Origin: Candidatus Zixiibacteriota bacterium
GTDB taxonomy: Bacteria > RBG-13-66-14 > B26-G2 > WVWN01
NCBI GenBank assembly: GCA_050117845.1
Contig: JASFLY010000016.1
Coordinates: forward strand, 1-57,263
DNA length: 57,263 nt
Direction of reading: 5' to 3'
The notes under the pieces are model-generated. The model searched no databases. It was given only the letters and a program-made list of their open reading frames with translations, and was not told the origin of the DNA. Of this stretch, positions 30,059 through 40,446 are shown piece by piece (within the stretch, counting starts at the first letter, position 1; each line of letters opens with the position of its first letter). The translations under genes were made by a program, and so were the position numbers.

Positions 30059-30857
30059 CTATTTCGGGAAGACGAGCGACACGGTCGTACGGGCCGACCA
30101 GTCCGCGTACGGCAGGTTTTCCGGGTGGACCGCCGTGTAGAACCCCTGGGCTGCTATACTCATCGGGACTTTCCCCACCATCGTCACTTTACTCACGCCC
30201 AAACCCAACGGCACGTTCCAGCGGTCGTCGCTTTCGGCCTCCCAATTCGCCGTGATGATGGGCGCGGACGTTATCGCCCACGCGTTGGGGAGATTGTAGG
30301 TTAAGAAGATTTGCGTCATCATGGCGTTAACGTTGGCCCGGTCCTCGTCGCCGGCGACGGACCAGACGTTATTCGCGAGAGCCCCAACCGTCCACTTACC
30401 GGGCATACCGAGGATGACCGCGGAAGGGCCAACGCCGAACTTCTTCGTTCCCAACCCGTCGTCGGTAGCGGTGGGGACTAAAAAAACCGGCCCCGCGCCC
30501 CATATTATCTCGCTTGCGTCGGCCGGCGTTAGGAATACCGTCGCATTAACGTCGCCCAAACCGAAGGTCCCGCCGCTCTCGGCGGCGACGTCGGGCTGGT
30601 ATATCAACGGCACGATGGACCTCGTAATCAATCAAGATAACGTCCCCGGCGGGGATGGGATACACGGGTTGTATGTTGAGGACGTCCTGGATTCGGTCGA
30701 ATGGGCCGATGCCGCCGTTGACGTTGTTCTGGAACGGCAGGCTGATAATATCAGCTACGGGGTTCTGGAGTTCCCTAGCCAGTTCCTCCTCGGTCTGGCC
30801 GTAGCCGAGCGACGCTAACGCCGCGACGAGAAAAGTCGCCAAGATTATCTTCTTCAT
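30059..30857 (-). pseudogene. Frameshifted outer-membrane beta-barrel ('neuromedin U'-annotated family)
   Basis: LARELQNPVADIISLPFQNN..LNIQPVYP in one frame and TRSIVPLIYQP..GLGD..WNVPLGLG..VFPK in another; AATC duplicated at 30626-30633. Confidence 0.8.
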
Positions 30858-30932
30858 GGACGGTTATCCTTTCCGGCTGTTTCGTTCGCCAATATAAAGC
30901 ATCAGGGGATGGATACCGACAGGCCGTTCAAT

Positions 30933-32555
30933 TTAGTGTTCATGTTCCTCGTCGTATAGCCCCATCTCCGACAAACAGGAATCGATGGGATTGACCAGGA
31001 ACTCCTCTTCCCACGATTCGACCGTCAACGGCGTCGTGAACCGCGGCTCTTCCGGTTCGAAGCGTATCGGTTGCCCCGGCGTAACGCCCTTGAGCACAAT
31101 CGAATCCTTCACCACAACGGTACCGTTAACGATTACGTACGGTATACCGGTCGAAGGTACGGAGCCGTTCGCGTACGTGGAGTTGTCGGTAACGTTCTCC
31201 GGGTCGAAGACGACGATGTCGGCGACCATGTTCTCCTGCATGCGGCCGCGGACCTTCATGGCCTCGAGGCCGGTATCGCCCAGGCGTTTGGCGCTGCCGT
31301 AGCTCAGTTGCGTCAGCGTGAACATTAACGGGACGCCGTTTTCCCGCGCCAGCCGGAGGCTGCAGGCGTGGCAGCCGGCGGTACGGGGGTGGCCGTTCGG
31401 CAACTCCTCGTACGGAGTATCCCATGTGATGTCTCCCAGCAACGGCATGCCGTCACTCGCTATCGTAGCCCCCGGCATTTTTAGCCATTTCACGATATCC
31501 TCTTCCGGCATCTTGAAAAGTATAACGATCTGAGTCGGGTCTTCCTCGACGGCGGCGTAGTAGCTTTCCCGCGTGAAAAACTCGCCCGTGATGGGGTTCA
31601 GTATCGTCTCCTCGTACTTATACCCCATTTGGTCTTCCCATAATTCCGGCGCGAGGAACGTCGTATTCAACGCCGTCGAACCGGCGTGGTACGGGTAATA
31701 TTCGCCCCAAACGTTGTGCCCGCGTTCCTGGTAAAGCACTAATAATTCCGATATCAACTCCCATCCGGGATTATTGAAATGGCAGATGATGGCGGGCGCG
31801 TCGAGGGCGACTGCGTTGGCCATGATTTCCTGCGCCCCGTTGGGTTCGGTGGTGGAGTCTCCGGGCGTAAAGCGGAGGTGCACGACGGTGGGCCGGCCGT
31901 ACGCGGCCCCGATTTTTTGGACCTCGAACATCTCGCGGGCGGTTACGCCGTCACGCATATACGCGAGGGTTGAACCGATGCCGACGGCGCCGGCCGCCAG
32001 CCCCTCGTCGATAACCCGAAGGACCTCATTCCCGTCCTCGATATCGAGCCTGGTATCCACCCAACGGTGGGAGGTACGGGTTATTAAGCAGTCCAACACG
32101 TCGCGCCCCTCTAATCCGTCGAGAACGAGGGACCGTGCGAACTCGTGGCCGGAGGCCGTCCCGTAATTCGTCTGGCATTTGCCTTCACGGTCTTTGTACC
32201 ACTGGTCGACGTACGTACCGACCGAGCCCAATTCGAGGTCCATAACGGTAGTACAGCCGTCCCGCAACGCGAGTTTGTAGCCCATGTCGCGAGGCCAATG
32301 GTAATGCGTGTCGATGAAGCCCGGCGCCACGACGTGTCCCGTGGCGTCGACGACCTCCGTACCCGTTATCGCGTCTTCGGTGATAACGGCGATTATGCCG
32401 TCCTTGATGCCGACGTTGGCCACCGCGTCGAAGTTGGTTTCCGGGTCCATGACCCGGCCGTTCAGAATGACGAGGTCGTAGTCCGCCGCGTAGGCCGCCG
32501 CGGCCGTCGCCAATATCAGGATAATGAAACCCAACGTTCTACGTAGCTTTTTCAT
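30933..32555 (-). CDS. Exported amidohydrolase, N-acyl-D-amino-acid/D-glutamate deacylase family
   Basis: Signal peptide; YDLVILNGRVMDPE, APGFIDTHYH, IASDG, HPRTAG, ADIVVFDP. Confidence 0.88.
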   Translation of the reverse strand: MKKLRRTLGFIILILATAAAAYAADYDLVILNGRVMDPETNFDAVANVGIKDGIIAVITEDAITGTEVVDATGHVVAPGFIDTHYHWPRDMGYKLALRDGCTTVMDLELGSVGTYVDQWYKDREGKCQTNYGTASGHEFARSLVLDGLEGRDVLDCLITRTSHRWVDTRLDIEDGNEVLRVIDEGLAAGAVGIGSTLAYMRDGVTAREMFEVQKIGAAYGRPTVVHLRFTPGDSTTEPNGAQEIMANAVALDAPAIICHFNNPGWELISELLVLYQERGHNVWGEYYPYHAGSTALNTTFLAPELWEDQMGYKYEETILNPITGEFFTRESYYAAVEEDPTQIVILFKMPEEDIVKWLKMPGATIASDGMPLLGDITWDTPYEELPNGHPRTAGCHACSLRLARENGVPLMFTLTQLSYGSAKRLGDTGLEAMKVRGRMQENMVADIVVFDPENVTDNSTYANGSVPSTGIPYVIVNGTVVVKDSIVLKGVTPGQPIRFEPEEPRFTTPLTVESWEEEFLVNPIDSCLSEMGLYDEEHEH

Positions 32556-32751
32556 TTCGTGCTCTCCTTAAATTTACTACTCCATTTGAAGCGCTATACG
32601 TCGCGTACCGGCGCGGCTTGATACCCGCGCGGCCGACATATAGCGCCGCCGGGAGTAACCATCCCGCCTGTGCAGATACGCCAAGGAAGTAGTCTGCCTC
32701 GACGAGTCCTTCGTTTTTCTCAACCTTATACTACTCGGGATTGTCGGTCTC

Positions 32752-33765
32752 CTACTTCAGGTTCGTTTCAAGAAACGCCGCAATGCGTTCCCCCACCGAC
32801 ATCCGTAGGCCGTCGTCGCCCAGGGATACGGCTCCGCTGGGGTAGAAGTGGCCGTACCCGGGAACCCAGGCGAATTCGTAGTCCAACCCGGCCTCGCGGA
32901 CCGCCGTAATAAACGGCGGAATCGTCTCGGCGACGGCCGGTTCGTCGTTCTGCGAAACGACGAGAAGCATAGGGGGAAGTTCCGGCGAGTCGACCGCTTT
33001 CTTCATATCGAAGCCGGAAACGGCCGGCGAGAGCGGAAAAATCGCGGCGACGGGAGCCTTCAATCCGTAGACGGCGTTCAGCGTTGTCGTAGCACCCGCG
33101 GAATGGCCGCCGACGGCGACTCGTTCGGGGTCGATTCCGTATTCCTCGGCCGAATCCCGGACGTGAGAAATAGCCTTATTGATATCCTCCGCGGCGCTCA
33201 AGACCCCGTTCCAAAGCACTTGTAGATTGGCTTCCGATACCAGCGGCAGCCCCATAAAACCTCTGACGAGGTTCGTCCGGGCTAAACCGGCATCAGTTAT
33301 TAACTCGTTATAAGTTTGAAGTCCTTCCGCGTCGGAAGACATGTCGGGTACCGGGTTCTCGGGGATGAGACGGTAGCTGACGACGAAGCAGACGTAACCC
33401 TGGGGTGTTAGAAGCCTTGCGTAGTCCTCCATCCGCGAATGGACTGCTCCCATTTCTCTATAGGGGGGTCGCCGAGGGCCGCCGCGGTGGAAGGCTCCGC
33501 CGTGTATCAAAACTACCGCGGGCCGGCCTACCGCGGGACCATCCACGGGTTCGTAGACGTCCATCAACAAATCACGTTCTACGACTTTGCCGTCGGTCGT
33601 GACCTTCCCCTTACCGTAGGGGACGTCGACGGTTAGCGTGTAACCGAAGGCTTTTTCATTATCCGACAGGCCGTCTATATCCGCGCCGTACTGCGCGCCG
33701 GCCGGCGCGGCCAGCGCCGAAATCAGGATAGCGAAACCTAAAAATCCGCGAACGTTTTTCATCAC
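32752..33765 (-). CDS. Exported alpha/beta hydrolase (carboxylesterase-like)
   Basis: Signal peptide; IHGGAF oxyanion motif, GHSAG nucleophile, downstream Asp and GH. Confidence 0.88.
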   Translation of the reverse strand: MMKNVRGFLGFAILISALAAPAGAQYGADIDGLSDNEKAFGYTLTVDVPYGKGKVTTDGKVVERDLLMDVYEPVDGPAVGRPAVVLIHGGAFHRGGPRRPPYREMGAVHSRMEDYARLLTPQGYVCFVVSYRLIPENPVPDMSSDAEGLQTYNELITDAGLARTNLVRGFMGLPLVSEANLQVLWNGVLSAAEDINKAISHVRDSAEEYGIDPERVAVGGHSAGATTTLNAVYGLKAPVAAIFPLSPAVSGFDMKKAVDSPELPPMLLVVSQNDEPAVAETIPPFITAVREAGLDYEFAWVPGYGHFYPSGAVSLGDDGLRMSVGERIAAFLETNLK

Positions 33766-33876
33766 GCTCTCTCCTCTAGGTTAATACTCCCCTTGTCGCC
33801 TTTAATACACCTTCCCGTCGCGGCGGGATACCCGCGCGAAAGAAGGCCTTACTATTCTCCGGCCGTCGGGCCGGCG

Positions 33877-35670
33877 CTACCGTGTATATATGGTCTTACC
33901 TTCTTTTATAGTCTCGAGAACCCGGATGTCCCGAATCGCCGTCTTGTCCACCTCGAGCGGATTCGCGGAGAGGATTATTAGGTCGGCCAGCTTGCCGGCC
34001 TCGAGAGAGCCCTTGCTGTCCTCTTCGCCGTACTGCCAGGCCGCGTCTATCGTAACCGCCCGTAGCGCCTGCTCCACGGTCAACTCCTGTTCCGTTCCGA
34101 GGGGCTCGCCGCTGGAGGTAACGCGGTTGACCGCGAACGCGACGACGTCTATGACGCTCGGCGGCGTCACATACGCGTCGTGGTGAATCGAGAAGGGAAC
34201 GCCGCGGTCCAGCGCGCTGCGCATCGGGTTCATGCGCGCGGCGCGCTCCGGCCCCATGAATATGTCGCGGTGCCGGTCGCCCCAGTAGTATATATGCCCG
34301 GGGAAGAAGGACGGCGAAAGGCCCAGTTCCTTGGCGGCGTCGAGTTGGTCGTCGCGGATGGTCTGCGCGTGGATGATGACGTAGCGGTGGTCGTCGACCG
34401 GGTACTTGGCTAGGCCCTTCCGCATCGCTTCGATGTATTGGTCGATGGCGGCGTCGCCGTTGCAGTGAACCGCAAGGTGCCACCCGTTCTTCAACGCCTG
34501 CTCCACGAGGGCGTCGGCTTCCTCCTGGTCCTCGTAAATCGGCCAGCCGCGATACCCTTCTTCGCCGGCCGGGGCTTCGAACGGCGTTTCGTCGTCGTGG
34601 GCTTCGGCGCTGACGTCCAGCAGGATTCGTTCCAGCCCTTCCGAATCGCACATGTCTTCCGTTAAGGCCTCGCCCGCAGCCGGCGCCACGTAGTAAGGTT
34701 GGCTGAGATACCCGGTATAACCCTGATTGGACCCGTCGAAGAGGAGCTTCAATCCCGCGATGCGCAGGCCGTTGTGGTAAACCTTATCCTCTTCGTAATT
34801 CGCCATCATCGCCGTATCCGCTTTGGGCAACACAAGCACGTCGACCGGGAGTTTCTCCTCCGCCGCCATGCCACGCAAGAGGCCGTAAAAAGGGGCCAGC
34901 AACGCGCCCTCTTGGGCGGTCGTCATGCCGTTCGCGGCGTAGTCGTAAATCAACGTATCAATTACGTAACGCTTCGCTACCTCCGGGGCCGGCGCGGGTA
35001 AGTGGGCCACGACCGGCAAGAAAGCGTTGGGCTCTTCCATAACGCCGTTCGGTTCGTTGGAGTTCGGTCGGCGGACGTATTTGCCGCCCGGCGGGTCAAT
35101 CGTTTCCGAATTAATCCCGGCGATTTCAAGCGCCGGCGAATTCGCGACGGCCAGGTGTCCTGAAATATGGACAATCAGGATCGGGTTCTCGGTCGATATC
35201 GCGTCGAGGTCGTTGCGCGTCGGATGCCGCATTTCTTCGAGCGAAGTATCGTCGTAATTCATCCCTAGAATCCACTGCCCGGGCTTTAAATTGTTTTCCT
35301 CCTTATAGCTCAGCAGGACTTCCTCAAGTTTGGCTATACTATCCACGGTACCCATCGGCGGCGGGTTCAGGTCGTTTGTGGCCCGGGCGAGAGCCGTTGT
35401 AAAAAGGTGGCTGTGCGCGTCGAAAAATCCCGGCATAAGGGTCTTCCCGCCCAGGTCGCGCACCTCGGCCTCGGCGCCGGCGGCCTTCATTACCTCGTCC
35501 CGGCTGCCGACCGCCAGGATATTGCCGTCCCGTACGGCGAGGGCTTCGGCCACCGAATTCGATTCGTCGATGGTCAGGACGTCGCCGTTTACGTATACTA
35601 CCGTGTCCGCGGCGAACGCCGCCGCAAACGAGAGCGAGAATAAAATTGCGAGTACTTGTAACGTTTTCAC
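33877..35670 (-). CDS. Exported amidohydrolase family 3 (YtcJ-like)
   Basis: Signal peptide; MPGFFDAHSH, KLLFDGS, HCNGD, IHAQ, HHD, GSLEAGKLADL. Confidence 0.92.
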   Translation of the reverse strand: MKTLQVLAILFSLSFAAAFAADTVVYVNGDVLTIDESNSVAEALAVRDGNILAVGSRDEVMKAAGAEAEVRDLGGKTLMPGFFDAHSHLFTTALARATNDLNPPPMGTVDSIAKLEEVLLSYKEENNLKPGQWILGMNYDDTSLEEMRHPTRNDLDAISTENPILIVHISGHLAVANSPALEIAGINSETIDPPGGKYVRRPNSNEPNGVMEEPNAFLPVVAHLPAPAPEVAKRYVIDTLIYDYAANGMTTAQEGALLAPFYGLLRGMAAEEKLPVDVLVLPKADTAMMANYEEDKVYHNGLRIAGLKLLFDGSNQGYTGYLSQPYYVAPAAGEALTEDMCDSEGLERILLDVSAEAHDDETPFEAPAGEEGYRGWPIYEDQEEADALVEQALKNGWHLAVHCNGDAAIDQYIEAMRKGLAKYPVDDHRYVIIHAQTIRDDQLDAAKELGLSPSFFPGHIYYWGDRHRDIFMGPERAARMNPMRSALDRGVPFSIHHDAYVTPPSVIDVVAFAVNRVTSSGEPLGTEQELTVEQALRAVTIDAAWQYGEEDSKGSLEAGKLADLIILSANPLEVDKTAIRDIRVLETIKEGKTIYTR

Positions 35671-35774
35671 TACACAACCTCCTTATTTAACCGACTTTAT
35701 AACGAACCTTCCGTTAAACGTTTCCTGGCTCTCTTTCTTTTTCCGTTTTTAGTGTAACGCCGCCGTAAAGTGGG

Positions 35775-37133
35775 CTACCGTTTCGCCATCACGTCGAGCA
35801 CCAACAGCGAAGCAATCCTGGTGCCGTAGGTTATCCCGTCAAGATCGACGGCGTATACCGGTTCGTGGGGGCTAAAGGGAAACATCTTCCCCTCGGCCCG
35901 GGCCGCGTCGAACCTCTCGAGCGTAACCGTGCCGAGCATCAAGTAAGCGGCCCGGACCCCTTCAACGTCTTCGACAAGGGCTCCCGCGTCATCCGACCCG
36001 GGGACCTGGATGCCGGAATACACGTTCTCCACGAAAGTCGCTTCTCCCAAAACCTCGTGTATGCGGTCTATATATTCCGGCGTATTTACTACTGGCGGGG
36101 CGGAACTCTTGTATACGATAGTCGGCATCATATCCTCGGAAACGTCATAAGATTCCGCGATGCCGTTGCTGATATTAATTATACTTTCGACCATCCGGTC
36201 GCGCACGTCGTTCGAGGAGTAGTGGAGTTTGAGTTTGAGGGTCGCTTCCGTCGGAATGACGTTGTTGTCGATGCCGGCGTGGACGGCGCCTATAGTCAAT
36301 ACCGCCGACTCCAACGGATCGATTATACGGGAGACGATAGTCTGATACTGGACGATGGCCAGGCCGGCCATGACCACCGGGTCCTTGGCGTGATGTGGCG
36401 ACGAACCGTGGCCGCCGATGCCGTGGAAAGTTACATCGATGTGTTCCGTCCCGGTATTGAACCTTCCGGACGTGGCCAGCACGTACCCTATCGGAACTGG
36501 TATGGTGTGAAGCGCCAGGTAATAATCCGGCTCGGGCACGCCCTGGGTGGTATAGAGGCCGTCGTCGAGCATCGCCCGGGCGCCCTCTATCGTCTCTTCG
36601 GCAGGTTGGGCTACCAGAACCAGCGTCCCGCTCCATTCGTCTTTCATCTCGGACATCACTTTACCTAACCCGATGAGCCAGGTCGTATGGGCGTCGTGGC
36701 CGCACATATGCGAAACCGGGACTTCCTCGCCGTCGCGGTTGATTACCCGCTCTTTACTCGCGTACGGGAGGCCGGATTCTTCCTCGATGGAAAGGGCGTC
36801 CATATCCGCGCGGAACATCATCACGGGCCCCTCCCCGTTTCTCATAATGCCTACGACGCCCGTCACGCCTATTCCGGTTTTTACGTCGAACCCGCAGGCG
36901 CGCAATTCCCTTGCCACCACGCCCGCCGTCCGGGTTTCCATTAACGCCAACTCGGCGTGTTCGTGAATATCCTTATAAATATCCTGCACTCGGGCCGCGT
37001 CCTTATCGATCAACGCGTCCATCTTCTCGATCGTGGCATCCGGGATAGGATTATCCTGCCCGAAAGCCGGGACCGACGTTGCCCCGAGCGCGAACACGAT
37101 AGCCCAGAGCGTCATCGTGCGTAGTCTTTTCAT
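35775..37133 (-). CDS. Exported M20 amidohydrolase (hippuricase/aminoacylase-like)
   Basis: Signal peptide; RADMDAL, HMCGHDAH, QPAEE, GGHGSSPH. Confidence 0.92.
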   Translation of the reverse strand: MKRLRTMTLWAIVFALGATSVPAFGQDNPIPDATIEKMDALIDKDAARVQDIYKDIHEHAELALMETRTAGVVARELRACGFDVKTGIGVTGVVGIMRNGEGPVMMFRADMDALSIEEESGLPYASKERVINRDGEEVPVSHMCGHDAHTTWLIGLGKVMSEMKDEWSGTLVLVAQPAEETIEGARAMLDDGLYTTQGVPEPDYYLALHTIPVPIGYVLATSGRFNTGTEHIDVTFHGIGGHGSSPHHAKDPVVMAGLAIVQYQTIVSRIIDPLESAVLTIGAVHAGIDNNVIPTEATLKLKLHYSSNDVRDRMVESIINISNGIAESYDVSEDMMPTIVYKSSAPPVVNTPEYIDRIHEVLGEATFVENVYSGIQVPGSDDAGALVEDVEGVRAAYLMLGTVTLERFDAARAEGKMFPFSPHEPVYAVDLDGITYGTRIASLLVLDVMAKR

Positions 37134-37176
37134 AATTACTCCTTAACAGTATTCGGGATTACGTAGTGAAGGTATT

Positions 37177-38058
37177 TTAAGCCGGCGCGCCGGCCTTCTT
37201 CTCACCGTACTTGCGCAACGTGACGTACACCGCCTGCACGACCAGACCCAGGAGGATGTAGGCGACGAAGACGCCGAGTATCCCCTGCCCCGGGAAGTCC
37301 TTCAAGGCCAGGAAGACGGCCAGGCTCAAACTCCGGGCGATGGACATAACCGCCAGCGTCGTGCGCTTTTCCTTTCCCGGCCCTCCCAGCGAATGGCCCA
37401 GCGTCAACGACACGCCGATGATTATAGCAGCCGCGAGGAACGAGTACCACCCGATGCCGCGGAACGTATCGAGGAAAGGCCGCCACCCCGCCAGGACGAC
37501 GAGCACGACGAGTACCACGAGCATTACGTTCGCGACCCTGGTTATAAAGTCGCCGAAGCGGCGCGTTAAGCCGGGCCAGGTCGTCGTTAGCAGTATGCCG
37601 AAGATCAGCGGCGCGAACTGGGCTATCGTCACCTGGTACGCTATCAACGTCGGGCTGGCGTACGCCTGCGGTTCGAAAAACGCGCTCAGGATGTAAAGGA
37701 AAAGCGGTATCGTGATAATGGCGGAGAGGTTGACCGTGAACTGGAGCGAGGCCGCGTAAGGCGCGTCGCCGCCGGCCAAGGTGGCGCGCCTCATCGCGAG
37801 GGGGGAACCGGGGGCTACCGCCATCAGCATCAACGCGATATCGACAGCCGGCGGCAAATTGAATATCTTGATGACGGCGAGGGTCACGAGCGGGACCAGG
37901 ATTACGACCGCGAGGTACGACCGCGCCAGAAGGCCGGGCTTGCGCCACAGCATCAGGAGTTGACGGAAGTCGAGGCTCAGGCCGACCGAGAGCATAACGC
38001 CCATAACAGTGACCTGCGCCAGCGGGGGAACCAGCGACGCGAGACTTATTCCTTCCAT
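37177..38058 (-). CDS. Bile acid:sodium symporter (BASS) family transporter
   Basis: MLSVGLSL, LMAVAPG, GGD..YAASL, GHSLGGP..R.TLA; about 9-10 TM helices. Confidence 0.85.
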   Translation of the reverse strand: MEGISLASLVPPLAQVTVMGVMLSVGLSLDFRQLLMLWRKPGLLARSYLAVVILVPLVTLAVIKIFNLPPAVDIALMLMAVAPGSPLAMRRATLAGGDAPYAASLQFTVNLSAIITIPLFLYILSAFFEPQAYASPTLIAYQVTIAQFAPLIFGILLTTTWPGLTRRFGDFITRVANVMLVVLVVLVVLAGWRPFLDTFRGIGWYSFLAAAIIIGVSLTLGHSLGGPGKEKRTTLAVMSIARSLSLAVFLALKDFPGQGILGVFVAYILLGLVVQAVYVTLRKYGEKKAGAPA

Positions 38059-38227
38059 GGTTCGGGACCTCCGGGATTTACCAAGAAGAGAATCAACGCG
38101 TCGTCCCCCTCGCTCGCACGCCGGTCCGCTCCCCCGGCACGTCCCGCATTACCGGTCGCCAACGCCGGCGGACGGGAATAGCTGCGACGCGATCCGTTTC
38201 CTTTTACCCGTTGCCGGGTTGACCACG

Positions 38228-39298
38228 CTAAAAAGCCTCGCCGATGCTGACGTACAGGCCGTCGTCGTCGGCGCCGCGGGCGTAGTCGACGCGGAAGTTA
38301 ACGCGGTTTTCCTCGTGCAGGCCGAAACGAACGCCGGCTCCGCCGCCGGGGAAAACCCGGTCGCTCGTAATACTTTTAAGGCCGCCGTCGTACAGCGCCG
38401 CCACGCCGCCGAACGCCACCACTCCCCAGCGGCGGGCGAATATCCAACGGTACTCGGCCTGCGTCGCGATAATATTCCGGCCCACGTGCTCGCCCGGCGT
38501 GTAACCGCGCAGGTCGCTCCGGCGACCCAGCTTCGAAAGGCCGGTGTAAGGAGTGTCCGACGGCGTAAAACGGCCGGACCCGCGCAACGCCAGCACGTGC
38601 CCCGGCCGCAGCCGTTCGTAATCGTTCAAATGGCACACTATGGTGTGGTAAGTCGATTCGGAACCGAACGCCGACGGCACCAAGCGCGCCTCGGCCGCGG
38701 CGAATACGCCGTCGTACGGGAAAAACTGATTATCCCGGGAGTCGTAAACCAACCTCGTCCCGACCGAACCCAATTTGTCCTTGTCTATCCCGTACGTCTG
38801 GAAGTACGCCTTACTCGCCTCGTTCCCGGCCTTATATTCCGTAACCATGTACGCGCCGGTAATTCCCCCGAACAGGTTGCCGAATATTCGTACGTCCGGC
38901 CTTACCGCCACGCCGTACGCGGTCGAGGAGAATTCCACGGAGCCCAACGTCGGTATGTCCAGATCGCTCTTCACGTCCGCGTAAGCGCCGCCGAAAGCCA
39001 GGCGGAAAGTGTCCCGCATAAAATAACTCTGGTTGAACGCCGCCACGGCGTAACTGTGGTTGTGAGAATAAAGGGCCGAAGCGCCCACGTTCGACGCCGG
39101 CGAAACCCCGTCTAACGAAGGGTGGTAAAAATACATGCCCGTAAGGCCGCCGCCGTTCCCGAAGCCGGGGGAGAAAACGACCATCGGCGCGACTACGACG
39201 CGTTTTTCTTTCTGTTCCGTGGTATCCGCGGCCGCGGAGAGAGAGACGAAAACCGAGAGTAATGCCGTTAGTAATAAGGCGATGCGCCGTTTACCCAT
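38228..39298 (-). CDS. Omp85-like barrel-only outer-membrane protein (no POTRA)
   Basis: Signal peptide; YDSRDNQFFP, LRGY, QAEYRW, GAGVRF, RVDYARG, terminal IGEAF. Confidence 0.82.
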   Translation of the reverse strand: MGKRRIALLLTALLSVFVSLSAAADTTEQKEKRVVVAPMVVFSPGFGNGGGLTGMYFYHPSLDGVSPASNVGASALYSHNHSYAVAAFNQSYFMRDTFRLAFGGAYADVKSDLDIPTLGSVEFSSTAYGVAVRPDVRIFGNLFGGITGAYMVTEYKAGNEASKAYFQTYGIDKDKLGSVGTRLVYDSRDNQFFPYDGVFAAAEARLVPSAFGSESTYHTIVCHLNDYERLRPGHVLALRGSGRFTPSDTPYTGLSKLGRRSDLRGYTPGEHVGRNIIATQAEYRWIFARRWGVVAFGGVAALYDGGLKSITSDRVFPGGGAGVRFGLHEENRVNFRVDYARGADDDGLYVSIGEAF

Positions 39299-39385
39299 TA
39301 TGGAAAAACCTCCGGGTTAACCTGTCGTCCGTCTTCGTTTAAACTGGAACGAGGCAACGGTCCCGGGGCAAACTCCGCCCGGCCT

Positions 39386-40033
39386 TCACCAATTGATCAT
39401 CAAGCCCAAGCTAATATTACCTTGCGTGATGACGCTACCGGCGGCTAGGCCGAAGTCAACGCCGCCGGTCCCGACCCAGAGGCCCGTGCCGGCGAAGTGC
39501 ATCGGCGCCAGCGCTCGGAGGTCGGCGCGTAGGCCGACGTGTTTGGTCAGATACGCTTTGGCGCCGCCGCCGAATGTAATATTGAAGAACCATTCGTCGC
39601 GCCAGTTCGAGCCTTTCGGGTTGGCGTACATGCCGCCGAGCGTCACGACGCCGTAAGGCCGCACGTCACCCTTCGGCTTTTCGTAAACCGCGCCGACGTT
39701 ATAGTATTCGACCGACATATCGAAGAGGTACCGTGTAACGCGGTTCGGCGGACGTGTGCGGAGCTCAAAGATCGTATCCTGACGGCTATATAGAATTTCC
39801 GCCTTGTATCCCCTCCGATTCACCGGGATATCGACGAAGACGCCGTAATTCTCGCTATCGACGACGTTAAGGTCACCCGAGTAAGTGGTAAATTTACCGC
39901 CGAACTGGTACCCCGTAAAAGGCGTAACGTCGAAGCCGCGCAGGTCGCGGGCCCCGACGGAACCGGCGCTGGCCGAGAGTGCGATGAGGACACCCAGCAT
40001 AACCCGCCCACCCAAGTTACCGCTTACGTTCAT
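39386..40033 (-). CDS. Outer-membrane beta-barrel protein (OmpA-like 8-strand type)
   Basis: RBS GGAGG before ATG 40033; signal peptide; TPFTGYQFGG, VRPYG..TLG, GGGAK, GLRAD; terminal W. Confidence 0.78.
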   Translation of the reverse strand: MNVSGNLGGRVMLGVLIALSASAGSVGARDLRGFDVTPFTGYQFGGKFTTYSGDLNVVDSENYGVFVDIPVNRRGYKAEILYSRQDTIFELRTRPPNRVTRYLFDMSVEYYNVGAVYEKPKGDVRPYGVVTLGGMYANPKGSNWRDEWFFNITFGGGAKAYLTKHVGLRADLRALAPMHFAGTGLWVGTGGVDFGLAAGSVITQGNISLGLMINW

Positions 40034-40373
40034 AAAACCTCCTTTGTGCCGCATCCAGGACCTCGCGTACGACCGGGGCGACATCTTAGCCGGCGAGGGA
40101 GCCTGAAACAAAAACGGCGCGTCCCCAGTTTCCGGGTTCGCGCTTCGGCGTTTACCGATAATTTCCCCAACCTCGATCTGCAAGATGCCCGTCCCTCTAT
40201 CAATCCCACTTACCCTTGTTTAAAAAACCGGAAATCGACATCCCACACCTGCTGCTCATTATAAGTCAAACCTTTGTAATAGGAAAGTATAATTTAACCC
40301 ATCATTACAGTCGCTAAAATGAACTATAATTACAGCACGGATACAAACCCCGTAGATAATAAATAAAAAACTA

Positions 40374-40402
40374 TTGCGTGGTAGGTTACCACTTGTTATA
40401 AA
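40374..40402 (+). promoter_or_regulatory. Putative sigma70 promoter with palindrome in spacer
   Basis: TTGCGT-17 nt-TATAAA; GTGGTA-GGT-TACCAC inverted repeat at 40378-40392. Confidence 0.5.
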
Positions 40403-40446
40403 GAGACAGGGAAATTCTATTTATAAATCCACGTTTCGGAGGTTAC

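Noticed and set aside
38009..39115. 368-aa plus-strand ORF
   Set aside because: Antisense shadow of the Omp85-like gene in high-GC DNA, with no recognisable motifs. The same applies to the many other Arg/Pro-rich overlapping ORFs in the track.
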